A stretch of DNA of 58,146 bases from a virus (Duplodnaviria > Caudoviricetes): IMG/VR virus record IMGVR_UViG_3300032320_002537, positions 1 to 58,146 of that record; one strand, 5' to 3'. This document shows positions 47,401 through 56,220 of the stretch, piece by piece. Below the pieces are notes generated by a model, which did not search any database, was not told the DNA's origin, and was given only the letters and a program-made list of their open reading frames with translations. The position numbers and the translations under genes are program-made. Every line of letters begins with the position of its first letter. Position 1 is the stretch's first letter.

Positions 47401-48520
47401 CCCTATCATGTTCACAGGAACACTTAGGACATTTCCACTTTCTCACTGACAAAGGTAATTTATCTATGATATAATCACAAGAGCTACAGGTCTTAGAACT
47501 AGGATACCATCTATCGATTTTCCTGATCTGCTTCCCATACCATTGCGCTTTATACTCTAACATGGATACAAAAGAACTCCAAGAGCTATCAGATATGGAA
47601 TAAGATAAACACCTATTTTTTACCATATTTTTAACAGCTAATGTCTCTAAAGAAATCAAGTCGTAATCGCTTATCAAGCGATGAGACAGCTTGTGTTGGA
47701 AATCATTACGAGAATTGGTTATCTTCTCATGGATTCTTGCCACTTTCTTCCTTTGTCTTTTGTATCTATTACTACCTTTCGTTTTCCTACTTAAATGTTT
47801 TTGATGGGTCTTTAATTTATCTTTAAGACCTCTTGAGAAATTTGGATTCTTTACTTTTTCTGCATCACTTGTTACTATGAAATCCGTGATTCCTAAGTCG
47901 ATACCTACGCTTCTACCAGTTTTAGGAGTAGATTTCTTAGGAACTTCCATGAGAATTGATGCGAAATATTTATTGGTGGGTGTTTTGGAAATTGTTACGC
48001 TTTTGATTTCTCCTTGGATTTTACGATGAAGAGTTATCGGTATCCCACCCTTGAACTTTGGAATCTGAATTTTATTATCTTTCAAAGAAATGTGTTGAGG
48101 AACTCTGAAGGATTGGTTATTACTCTTTTTCTTGAAAGAAGGGAACTTGGATTTCTTTCTAAAGAAATTACCATAAGCAGTCTCAAGATTTTGAATTGAT
48201 TGTTGTAAGGTTTGGGAATTAACTTCTGATAACCATTCAAATTCATTATCTTTCAATTCTTTAAGAATCTTACAACACTTACTATATGTTAAACCGTTAC
48301 CAGAAGAAAGATATTCTTCTTGTTTCTTTTTGAGAAATGTATTATAGATGAAACGATTACATCCAAAATGCTTCTCAAGCAATTCCTTTTGAGAATCCAA
48401 TGGGTAGATTCTAAATTTAAAGGCTTGATATGTAATTTCTTGTTCTATATTATTACTTAATCTAAAGATGATAATTTTCTTAGAAAATGTTAAAAAAAAT
48501 CTAAAGAAAATGAAAGAGAA
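47226..48520 (-). mobile_element. IS200/IS605-family (IS1341-like, tnpB-only) element; left end approximate
   Basis: Right end GAAGCCGC...GCGGTAGTTCAC ending at 47226; tnpB present; no tnpA; palindrome at 48474-48488 near the left end. Confidence 0.75.
47231..48448 (-). CDS. tnpB: TnpB RNA-guided endonuclease; frame extends upstream of the track call to a probable ATA start
   Basis: AFKFRIYP HTH start (48424-48401), GIDLG, ISLETL, CSSC/CPKC, DRDVNAA; RuvC D-E-D intact. Confidence 0.92.
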   Translation of the reverse strand: MEQEITYQAFKFRIYPLDSQKELLEKHFGCNRFIYNTFLKKKQEEYLSSGNGLTYSKCCKILKELKDNEFEWLSEVNSQTLQQSIQNLETAYGNFFRKKSKFPSFKKKSNNQSFRVPQHISLKDNKIQIPKFKGGIPITLHRKIQGEIKSVTISKTPTNKYFASILMEVPKKSTPKTGRSVGIDLGITDFIVTSDAEKVKNPNFSRGLKDKLKTHQKHLSRKTKGSNRYKRQRKKVARIHEKITNSRNDFQHKLSHRLISDYDLISLETLAVKNMVKNRCLSYSISDSSWSSFVSMLEYKAQWYGKQIRKIDRWYPSSKTCSSCDYIIDKLPLSVRKWKCPKCSCEHDRDVNAAKNIHRQGLTITDVEMEALDSARNSTVESTVCEASKKRSYVLRLKPPSLAQR

Positions 48521-48573
48521 TTATTGGAAAGAGAGAACATTGTGGTCTGATGGGTTTCAGTGTAAATATATCC

Positions 48574-49002
48574 ATGATCTCATTTAAAAAGTTTTTCCAA
48601 TTAGTGCAAGAGCAACAAGTCCCGACATCGAATTATAAAATTCTATTCGTCGAGGACAATCTGATGCTTCAAAATATGTTTAAAATTTACCTAAAGAAAC
48701 ACGGTATAATCCTAGAAAACGTCAACATTGTTGATAATGCAACCGATGCGATATTGTACATCGGAGAAAATCGTGATATTACCCATTATAGTCTAGATTA
48801 TGACCTAGCCCAAGGGGAAAAAGGTTCTCAAGTTGCAGAATTCTTAGCTCAACAAGGAAATATGGGAGAAAATGTATGGATTCATAGTGGGAATCCAGAC
48901 GGTAGAGATCAAATCTTAAGCTATATACCTAATGCCCAGATAGCACAAAGTCCTGATAATGTGACCCAGATAGTTTCTGATATTAATCGAGAATATCCCT
49001 AA
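48574..49002 (+). CDS. Stand-alone receiver-fold protein (cyclic-phosphate-processing cREC-like); candidate internal head protein
   Basis: ILFVEDN, SLDYDL, KGSQVAEFL, IHSGNPDGR; TAAATA 48563-48568; N-terminus MISFKKFFQLVQE. Confidence 0.7.
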   Translation: MISFKKFFQLVQEQQVPTSNYKILFVEDNLMLQNMFKIYLKKHGIILENVNIVDNATDAILYIGENRDITHYSLDYDLAQGEKGSQVAEFLAQQGNMGENVWIHSGNPDGRDQILSYIPNAQIAQSPDNVTQIVSDINREYP

Positions 49003-49207
49003 AGGTTGAAACTTTAGGTAAATCTTCGGGGTTTTTCTGAGCGCGAATTTGAGCATTGAGTATCTCTTTATCGGTAAAAAGAAGAGGAACTTCTTTACCG
49101 TCTTCAAGTTGAACTCGAATGAAATTATACTTATTGGTGGAACCGAAACGTCTGTTTTTATTGTCTACCGATTGTAGATCACCTATTCTTTTGGCTGTGT
49201 TTTTCAT
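48983..49207 (-). CDS. Hypothetical protein
   Basis: 74 aa; TAAATA 5 nt upstream; LLFTDKEI..AQ.RA.KNPEDLP. Confidence 0.7.
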   Translation of the reverse strand: MKNTAKRIGDLQSVDNKNRRFGSTNKYNFIRVQLEDGKEVPLLFTDKEILNAQIRAQKNPEDLPKVSTFRDILD

Positions 49208-49218
49208 ATGTTTATTTA

Positions 49219-50049
49219 TTAGAGGAGTTCTTTCTGGGCATAGTTACCCTCGATGTCCTCAAGCATGGAATGAACATTCTCTGCACTGAAAACAGGTGAT
49301 TCTTGAGGGTAATAACCAAATTTCTCTTTGAAGATACCCCATGCATCGTTGAAGTTTTTTATGAAGTCTGCACTTTTTCTAATGACACTTGATGCATGAT
49401 CCGAATCCTGATCAGAAATGTATAAGAAAGAATTACATATATCAGGATGCCACATTATAGGAAGACCTTTATGCTCCTTAAGGAAAATAGTTTGGTGCTG
49501 GTCGAGATGTTCAGCAGCATTCGAATATATCTCACGGAAAAACACATTATCTGTTAAATGATCTGCATGGATTAAGGTGAATGCTTGGAAAGAATATAGA
49601 TATAAATCGACCTCTTTGTTGGTATATTTGAGAGTTAGTCGTTTTTTAGGAGTTCCATCGGTATTAACATTTCCTCCACCAATACCTCCATGTGCTCCAT
49701 AGCTCAATTGGGCAGTCCATAAGCCACTATCTGCGGCAGTAAGGATATATTCTTCCCACACCTTGTTATCCTTTATAACAACATCGTCCTCTACTAAAAA
49801 GAGATATTTAAATCCATCTTGTTTAGCGCGACGAAGACCGAGATTTTTTGCTATTCCCACAACAGTTGGATTTCGTTTCGGAGTAATTATCTCCACATCG
49901 TCTGGATATTCAGAATATTTATCGCCAGCATTCACCACATAAATTTTACCTACTGCTGATCGATCAATAGAGGATACAAGGTTTTTGAAAAAACCCTCTC
50001 TATTACATGTTATTACAATAACAGCCGTTTCGTCTTTGAATTTGTTCAT
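49219..50049 (-). CDS. Family 2 glycosyltransferase
   Basis: IVITCNR, VGIAKN, FLVEDDV, NAAEHLD; ATGA-coupled to gp47. Confidence 0.85.
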   Translation of the reverse strand: MNKFKDETAVIVITCNREGFFKNLVSSIDRSAVGKIYVVNAGDKYSEYPDDVEIITPKRNPTVVGIAKNLGLRRAKQDGFKYLFLVEDDVVIKDNKVWEEYILTAADSGLWTAQLSYGAHGGIGGGNVNTDGTPKKRLTLKYTNKEVDLYLYSFQAFTLIHADHLTDNVFFREIYSNAAEHLDQHQTIFLKEHKGLPIMWHPDICNSFLYISDQDSDHASSVIRKSADFIKNFNDAWGIFKEKFGYYPQESPVFSAENVHSMLEDIEGNYAQKELL

Positions 50050-51035
50050 TTTTTGTTAATATACCTCATCTTTGCAAGTTTTGCAACTTCTTTCTTACTG
50101 TCATCGTCTATGTTAGCTAACGATGCAGTCACCCATTCTTCAATAATATCTTCGATCTTGACGACCTTAAAGTCGGCAATGTCAGTCTCAATCTGTTTAA
50201 CATTATCACTGAGAAGTTCTGTCTTTACTGCCAGCGGTTTGAATGCTTGAATTTTACTCACCCATTTATCACCCTCTTCGCCAAGGGTATATTTTATCGA
50301 AACAAAGTTACCTTCTATCTTATTCAAGTCGTCTTCATTTCTGATGTAATTAAAACGAGGACTGATGGTATTTTCGATAGTCTCCAATGCTAAAGTGTCA
50401 GTATCTAAGATATAGACAAACTTTGTATCGTCCGCATCGTTCCAATCTAAAGGATATGCACTTCCCACGTAATGTAGTGGCTTTTTGTTGTAATATCTCA
50501 GTTGTGGACGATGGTAATGACCTGTGTAGACTGCTCCAGATACTTTTTCCATTAAATCTGATGCTTTAAATCCATGTGAAGACACTTTACCCTTCTGAAG
50601 TTCGAAGCCAATCGTATCATAGTGTCCAAATAGAAGGCGACATTCAGGAATATCTTCCAATTTAACTCCCCATCCGGTAAAAACCATATCCCCTCTTTTA
50701 GTGACATTTTCATGAATGGTGATATTAGGGTGTTCCTTAAAAGGGACAAGAGAATTCACCTTAGAATGATCATTATACAGTGCATCGTGATTTCCTATAG
50801 TTATGTCAATGGTGAAATCTTTCAATATCTCGAAGAATTTCGATACAATGTTCAGTGTCTCGACCGATATCTGATTTCTATTGTCAAATACATCCCCCAA
50901 TTGAATGATATGATTTATACCGCGCTCCACACATAGACGTTTAATCCATAGTGCATATTTCAATAGAGTTCGATGGTATATAGAATTATTTCTATTGATA
51001 CCTGCATGTAAATCGCCAACAATTAAAGTTTTCAT
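50046..51035 (-). CDS. gp47: Mre11/SbcD-like nuclease (gp47)
   Basis: GDLH, LGDVFD, GNHD, FGH, GHYH metallophosphoesterase motifs. Confidence 0.95.
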   Translation of the reverse strand: MKTLIVGDLHAGINRNNSIYHRTLLKYALWIKRLCVERGINHIIQLGDVFDNRNQISVETLNIVSKFFEILKDFTIDITIGNHDALYNDHSKVNSLVPFKEHPNITIHENVTKRGDMVFTGWGVKLEDIPECRLLFGHYDTIGFELQKGKVSSHGFKASDLMEKVSGAVYTGHYHRPQLRYYNKKPLHYVGSAYPLDWNDADDTKFVYILDTDTLALETIENTISPRFNYIRNEDDLNKIEGNFVSIKYTLGEEGDKWVSKIQAFKPLAVKTELLSDNVKQIETDIADFKVVKIEDIIEEWVTASLANIDDDSKKEVAKLAKMRYINKK

Positions 51036-51271
51036 GGTTTATCTGTTTTAAATTTCTGCGGGGTGAACAATTTATCTATCTCTTCTTTACTCATATTTTC
51101 AGTTACGGTGATAAGTCCCTCAACTACCATTGTTGAGAAATCTATTATGTTCTTATTCTGAAATTCATCGGGAAATAGGACATACGAATGCATAGCATGT
51201 AGTCTGTCGCTAAACGATAAATCCCACCAACGGCTTTTATATTCTTCAAATTTTTGCTGATGATATGTCAT
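51032..51271 (-). CDS. Hypothetical protein
   Basis: Start revised to MTYHQQ, just after the gp55 stop. Confidence 0.6.
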   Translation of the reverse strand: MTYHQQKFEEYKSRWWDLSFSDRLHAMHSYVLFPDEFQNKNIIDFSTMVVEGLITVTENMSKEEIDKLFTPQKFKTDKP

Positions 51272-51272
51272 A

Positions 51273-52034
51273 TTATTCTTCGTAAAAGGATTCATTTTCG
51301 TCGCTATCCATAACTTTAGGTCTACGGACATTTTGATATTGTTCGGTTGCCAAAACTCTATCCCATGTCATAACCTGATATGCATCTAATGTTTCTTTTG
51401 CCTGATTTTCTTTCTTAATTCTGTTTATGAAAGAGTTCGCACAAATTCCAGTGTAATAGTTAAATGGATCGCTCTTGTATGTAATATACGACCCATCAAC
51501 CCTCTCTTCAATGGTTGCATCAGGTTTAATGTGTTTTTCTCTCAATTTATTTCGTCTATCGTAGTGGTAGAAGTAGTTCTTACCGTTACGCTCGACAGTC
51601 TTAACGATTTTATCGGTAGAATAACCTTTGAAAGAACAATCACGGACAGCTTTCACCATCTTAAGGACTGCATCACCTACCATCTCAGATTTCCATGAAT
51701 ATCTGACAAAATTAGGCAAATATGTCATGCGCTCTGCTATTTCATTGATCATCGATGCTAATCTTAAAGGGAACGGCGGATACAATTCATCGTTCTTATC
51801 TTTAATTTTCTGCTCCGTCCAATCATAATTGTTCCCTAGGGATAGGTAATAGTTTCTCAATTCATCCCACATCTCTTCAGGTCGAATATAAATCTCTGTC
51901 TCTTTTTTATTTTTTCGAACTTTGGGGGTGACGATTGGTTCGACATCTTCATCGAGGATTTCAAGTTCCACATCTTCTGTGAAATCTAATTCCTCATCTT
52001 CAATTACATCTTTTTGTTTTTTAGGTCTTGCCAT
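51273..52034 (-). CDS. gp55: Late-transcription sigma factor (gp55) with an insertion of about 50 aa
   Basis: IAERMTYLPNFVRYSWKSEMVGDA...DPFNYYTGICANSFINRIKKE; adjacent to gp47. Confidence 0.9.
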   Translation of the reverse strand: MARPKKQKDVIEDEELDFTEDVELEILDEDVEPIVTPKVRKNKKETEIYIRPEEMWDELRNYYLSLGNNYDWTEQKIKDKNDELYPPFPLRLASMINEIAERMTYLPNFVRYSWKSEMVGDAVLKMVKAVRDCSFKGYSTDKIVKTVERNGKNYFYHYDRRNKLREKHIKPDATIEERVDGSYITYKSDPFNYYTGICANSFINRIKKENQAKETLDAYQVMTWDRVLATEQYQNVRRPKVMDSDENESFYEE

Positions 52035-52038
52035 AAAA

Positions 52039-53481
52039 TTATAACTTGATTCTTTTAATCTCAAACGGTATCTTATCCTTCCGATACAGTTTCAACCTCT
52101 GTTTCAAATGATCCATGGAATATTCGGTATTATCCGAAATATCATATATCACAGCTTCTTCTTTGTTTTTATGAAGTCTCATTGCTCTACCGATTGACTG
52201 TGAAATCTTCACATTTGATTTACCTATAGCCGTGAAAATAACATAGGGTAGATTTTTAATAGAAATACCCGTGGAGAAAATCTGAGACATAGCGATACAG
52301 ATAATATCATCTGATTCTTCCATAAGATCGATAATCCTCGCACGTTCGGCTGTATCTGTGCTACCTTGAATGAAAAAGACTTGCTTGTCTCCGGTTGACA
52401 GCTTATTATAGAGTAATGCCCCGTGATCTATAGTGTCCACTAATATAAGGACGTTACCATTGCACCGATGGGCTATTTTATGAATTATTTCATTGCGCGT
52501 CCCACTTGAATAAACGAATTCTTTCTCTTTATTGTAGTATGCCGTTGGAAGTAAAGGGTTCTTTCCTATTCTAACAGGCTTCTCAGGTTCACCTTGATGT
52601 TCACATATAATAATCTTTATCTTGATTTCGGAAGCAGTCCCTTTCCGCCTAATATCGTAAGATGATTCCTCGTAAAGAATAGGTCCGATTTTACCAACAA
52701 CATTCCATGTTGCTAGGAGATTATCCGGTAATGTTCCTGTTAATCCGAATCTATGATGGGTAGGAATATTATGGACTACTTTGTTGATCTGATTATTCTT
52801 TTCGCCTAATCTATGAACCTCATCGACAATAACACAATCAAAATCTTTAAACTTATCAACAGAATAAGGTATATCAGATGTCAATATCTGAGAGTTCGCG
52901 ATTATAACATTCTTGTCCCAATCGGGAACATTTTTATCACCGAATCTAGATATTACGGGTAGATTAAACTCGTCTATAAACGAATAATATAGCTGATTCA
53001 GCAAGGATGTGTTAGGGACAATGATTAGAATTCTTGCATCATTGTTATACTTGAGTAGAGTCTTAACAAGACCCCCTATTATGAGAGCTTTACCAGATGC
53101 AGTTGCTAATAACCCGATCCCTCTCCCATATTTAAGAAATTCAGCTATGGTGTTTTTCTGGTGATCGTAATAAGTGAACCCATCGATGTTTTCTATCTCA
53201 TAATCCCCATATTTGGGGGAAAACGCATTAGCAAAATCATCTAAAACGACTAATTCGATTGGAATGTCTAGGCTTTCGATGTAGGTTCTTATTTCATGGA
53301 ATAGACCTATTTCAAATGAACCTGAAGGTGTTATTATATATTTGCGAGGGGAGAATTTTCTCGCCGTGTATGAAGGATTAGGGACGGAGAACTTCTCTCT
53401 TATCAATTTAAGCAGATAATGATCGCATATGATTATGCCATTTTTTCCATTTAAACCGATTGTTATTTTTTCTTTAATCAC
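52039..53481 (-). CDS. uvsW: SF2 helicase UvsW
   Basis: ATASGKA, IVDEVH, FGLTGT, FSTGISIKNL, QSIGRAMR. Confidence 0.93.
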   Translation of the reverse strand: MIKEKITIGLNGKNGIIICDHYLLKLIREKFSVPNPSYTARKFSPRKYIITPSGSFEIGLFHEIRTYIESLDIPIELVVLDDFANAFSPKYGDYEIENIDGFTYYDHQKNTIAEFLKYGRGIGLLATASGKALIIGGLVKTLLKYNNDARILIIVPNTSLLNQLYYSFIDEFNLPVISRFGDKNVPDWDKNVIIANSQILTSDIPYSVDKFKDFDCVIVDEVHRLGEKNNQINKVVHNIPTHHRFGLTGTLPDNLLATWNVVGKIGPILYEESSYDIRRKGTASEIKIKIIICEHQGEPEKPVRIGKNPLLPTAYYNKEKEFVYSSGTRNEIIHKIAHRCNGNVLILVDTIDHGALLYNKLSTGDKQVFFIQGSTDTAERARIIDLMEESDDIICIAMSQIFSTGISIKNLPYVIFTAIGKSNVKISQSIGRAMRLHKNKEEAVIYDISDNTEYSMDHLKQRLKLYRKDKIPFEIKRIKL

Positions 53482-53508
53482 TTATCATTTTGAAATCTTT
53501 CTCGTGCA

Positions 53509-53703
53509 TCATTTGAATGCATTTGGCTTTGGGAATGTTTTTTGCGTCCCTAATGGAGCACCACATGATCTACAGTTATCAAACTTAGTGGCATTATTGA
53601 GGGATGAACAATATTCGCATCGAATTCCCACATGTAATTGATATGATGGGGTGTATGTCCCACTTAAACAGTAGGAAGGTTGAGGTGGAGGTATGTATCC
53701 CAT
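53509..53703 (-). CDS. Small Zn-ribbon protein
   Basis: CEYC...CRSCGAP. Confidence 0.6.
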   Translation of the reverse strand: MGYIPPPQPSYCLSGTYTPSYQLHVGIRCEYCSSLNNATKFDNCRSCGAPLGTQKTFPKPNAFK

Positions 53704-53704
53704 A

Positions 53705-54112
53705 TTATAGTTGTTCTAATTTTAGAAGTTCGACTAGATTTCTGTAATCAAACCCGATCTGGTTCAGTTGTTTGACTGCACTATCTAAATAGTCTACCAA
53801 TAATTCTTGTTTCGAAATCTCTTTATCTAATAGAACGATATTAGGTTCCTTCTCGAAGTTTTTCCTAGCAGCAATATTGCTGACAGGCAATCTACTAGTC
53901 TTCATCATCTCATTGATGAGGTTATCTTTTTGCTCGGAAAGAATGTAAAGTTTTTTCTTACACATAACTAATCTGTAGAGCCATTTATGGCGAACATTAG
54001 GTGCAGATAGTTGTTTCTGGAAAATATTAGTCGAATCGACTTGGGTATCCATCTCAAGTTCAGATGCATACTTATCTATTTCATCGTAGGCATTTGTAGG
54101 GTTCTCGTTCAT
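53705..54112 (-). CDS. uvsY: Recombination mediator UvsY-like
   Basis: Helical 135 aa, P...HKW...LVDYL...KQL...GFDYRNLVELLKLE; upstream of uvsW. Confidence 0.75.
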   Translation of the reverse strand: MNENPTNAYDEIDKYASELEMDTQVDSTNIFQKQLSAPNVRHKWLYRLVMCKKKLYILSEQKDNLINEMMKTSRLPVSNIAARKNFEKEPNIVLLDKEISKQELLVDYLDSAVKQLNQIGFDYRNLVELLKLEQL

Positions 54113-54164
54113 ATAATATACTAATATACGATATTAAAAATCAATTTCAACTAAATAATTAAAA

Positions 54165-54350
54165 ATGACTGATAATTTTGATAATTTTTTTCGAGGCATA
54201 TTAGAAGACATGACCGCTAATGATGTGGCTAATGTCGGAACGGGCTGGTTCGACGATAAAGGTGGTATACCTAAGATATTGGGTGGAATGCAACGTAGAA
54301 ATCTAGGTAAAACTCGGACCCAAAAAACGCGGAAAAAAAGAATTAAATAA
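54165..54350 (+). CDS. Small basic late protein; candidate internal head protein
   Basis: TAAATA 54152-54157; MTDNFDNFFRGILE; K/R tail. Confidence 0.65.
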   Translation: MTDNFDNFFRGILEDMTANDVANVGTGWFDDKGGIPKILGGMQRRNLGKTRTQKTRKKRIK

Positions 54351-54354
54351 ATAG

Positions 54355-54804
54355 ATGCACTGGATTTATAATGGGCAGACTATACAATCATTGGAAGACC
54401 TCCCCTCAAACTGCGTGGGGATTATCTATAAGATAAAGAACCTAACCAACAACATGTTCTACATCGGTAGAAAGATACTGAGAAACAAAAAAACATTACC
54501 TCCACTAAAAGGTAAAAAACGCAAAAGAAAACTGATAGTCGAAAGTAATTGGAAATCCTACACTGGTTCTTGCATCGAATTGAATATCGACATTGCAAAA
54601 GGTCATGAGATCGAAAAAGAAATAATCCATCTATGCTTCACTAGGAAGCAAATGAGTTTCTATGAATTGAAGTATCAAATCATCGAGAACGTCCTTGAGC
54701 GCGACGATTGTTATAACTCTAACATTATGGGTAAATTCTTTCGAAGAGATATCCAATCGAACCATGACACTTTAGATGTTGACACGGATGACGATGACGA
54801 GTAA
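54355..54804 (+). CDS. GIY-YIG endonuclease
   Basis: GIIYKIKNLTNNMFYIGRK...ESNWKSYTGS...E...YN. Confidence 0.8.
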   Translation: MHWIYNGQTIQSLEDLPSNCVGIIYKIKNLTNNMFYIGRKILRNKKTLPPLKGKKRKRKLIVESNWKSYTGSCIELNIDIAKGHEIEKEIIHLCFTRKQMSFYELKYQIIENVLERDDCYNSNIMGKFFRRDIQSNHDTLDVDTDDDDE

Positions 54805-54812
54805 ACTGTTAT

Positions 54813-55292
54813 GTGGTTTATAACTTAACATCGCTTCAAGATTTTTTCAAAACTTGGCAGTCAGAATATATCAATCTCCTTGAAAATTGTGGACTTATAG
54901 GTAAATTCACCCCCGACTGTAAGAAATTACTCGTTTATTGCTTTATGAAGAATATGAATGAGATTTTAGGCGATTCGCATATTATTTTCTATCATAACCA
55001 TATTCTGTCTCCCGATTTGGAGATTTTTAATTATGTTGATTACGATGCATTCAACACCTTCTTCGATAAACTATCACGTAAAATCAAAAAGCTGACAGGA
55101 AAGATTGTTTTTATTAAAAACATGGATAGAATACCAAAAAAGGTCGAATATTTCCACAATCTGGACGGTGAGATTCAAGATGAGATTTTATTGATTCAAA
55201 ATTTTGAACCTAATCCGAAATTAATAAGGGAATACTTGGCCAATTTGAAACTAAAAAATATATTCCAAGAAATGTCTTGGAAACTCATCTAA
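54813..55292 (+). CDS. Hypothetical protein
   Basis: 159-aa ORF, GTG start. Confidence 0.6.
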   Translation: MVYNLTSLQDFFKTWQSEYINLLENCGLIGKFTPDCKKLLVYCFMKNMNEILGDSHIIFYHNHILSPDLEIFNYVDYDAFNTFFDKLSRKIKKLTGKIVFIKNMDRIPKKVEYFHNLDGEIQDEILLIQNFEPNPKLIREYLANLKLKNIFQEMSWKLI

Positions 55293-55659
55293 GTCCTTGA
55301 GAACTGCCGTAATTCGATACGATGGAGTATCTTTTTTGCTCAACTGCTTTGCGCTGTTGATCCGTAGGTTTAACGTCAAAACCGATCCCTGTGCCATCTA
55401 TTATAAAAGGGCATATGTTTCTATTTTTAAATAGAAAAAGTTCACTGTTAACTATTGCGTCTTGAACTCTCTCAGCATCAAATTCATCATCGAAATAGTG
55501 GGCAAAGATTTTCCAATATTTCTCTATCAGATCGGCATGGTGTTCCCAATTAGATTTGGAATAAATCACCGTATTGTCTGGGAATACAAATCCAGAAATC
55601 CAAGAATCCGCTTCACATAGAAGCAATGAAGAAACATATTCATCGAAGGCAGGAGTCAT
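55285..55659 (-). CDS. Late hypothetical protein; candidate internal head protein
   Basis: Full T4 late consensus TATAAATA (55672-55665) 5 nt upstream; MTPAFDEYVSSLLLCE. Confidence 0.7.
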   Translation of the reverse strand: MTPAFDEYVSSLLLCEADSWISGFVFPDNTVIYSKSNWEHHADLIEKYWKIFAHYFDDEFDAERVQDAIVNSELFLFKNRNICPFIIDGTGIGFDVKPTDQQRKAVEQKRYSIVSNYGSSQGLR

Positions 55660-55686
55660 ATGAATATTTATATCTCCGAAGCGAAA

Positions 55687-56220
55687 TCAGTTCGGCTTAA
55701 ATCCCAATTGTGGGATATCGTTCGATAGGAAACGGAAGACTTTATGAGGAACTAGATCGGTCAGATTGAAACTCAATATTTTAATTCCAAAACCACTAGT
55801 CTCAGTTTCGATCCTATCTCTTATGGATGCATTAATCAACTCCAAGGATGTCTCCTCATCGAAAGAAAACATCTCTTGGGCGATACATTCCATTGCCACA
55901 TTCTGAATAGCGGCATCCACATCATAGATTTCCAATATTGCTATTTGAGCATCGATAATCTGATATCTCACAACACCACTAGATGCCCATATTTTCTTAT
56001 CCGTGGAGATAATACTTTGATTGGGTAGATTTACTACACATATAGAGCTTTTTTGGGTTTTAATAGAATCAATGACCGGAAATATGAAATATCCACCTGG
56101 GGCTAAACTTTTCTTATATTTCCCGCAACGCAATAGGACTCCTATTTCGTCTTGTTCAACAAAGAACCAAAAACGAAGGGAATCAATTATTGTTATAAGC
56201 CATTGAAAAAATTCGGTCAT
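55687..56220 (-). CDS. SPFH/band-7 domain protein
   Basis: VEQDEIGVLLRCGKY...PG..F..PVID...QSIISTD...VRYQI.D...GIKI. Confidence 0.85.
   Translation of the reverse strand: MTEFFQWLITIIDSLRFWFFVEQDEIGVLLRCGKYKKSLAPGGYFIFPVIDSIKTQKSSICVVNLPNQSIISTDKKIWASSGVVRYQIIDAQIAILEIYDVDAAIQNVAMECIAQEMFSFDEETSLELINASIRDRIETETSGFGIKILSFNLTDLVPHKVFRFLSNDIPQLGFKPN

Noticed and set aside
47231-48448. Nuclease-dead TnpB repressor (TldR-like) or Cas12f
   Set aside because: All three RuvC acidic residues are present and there is no CRISPR array
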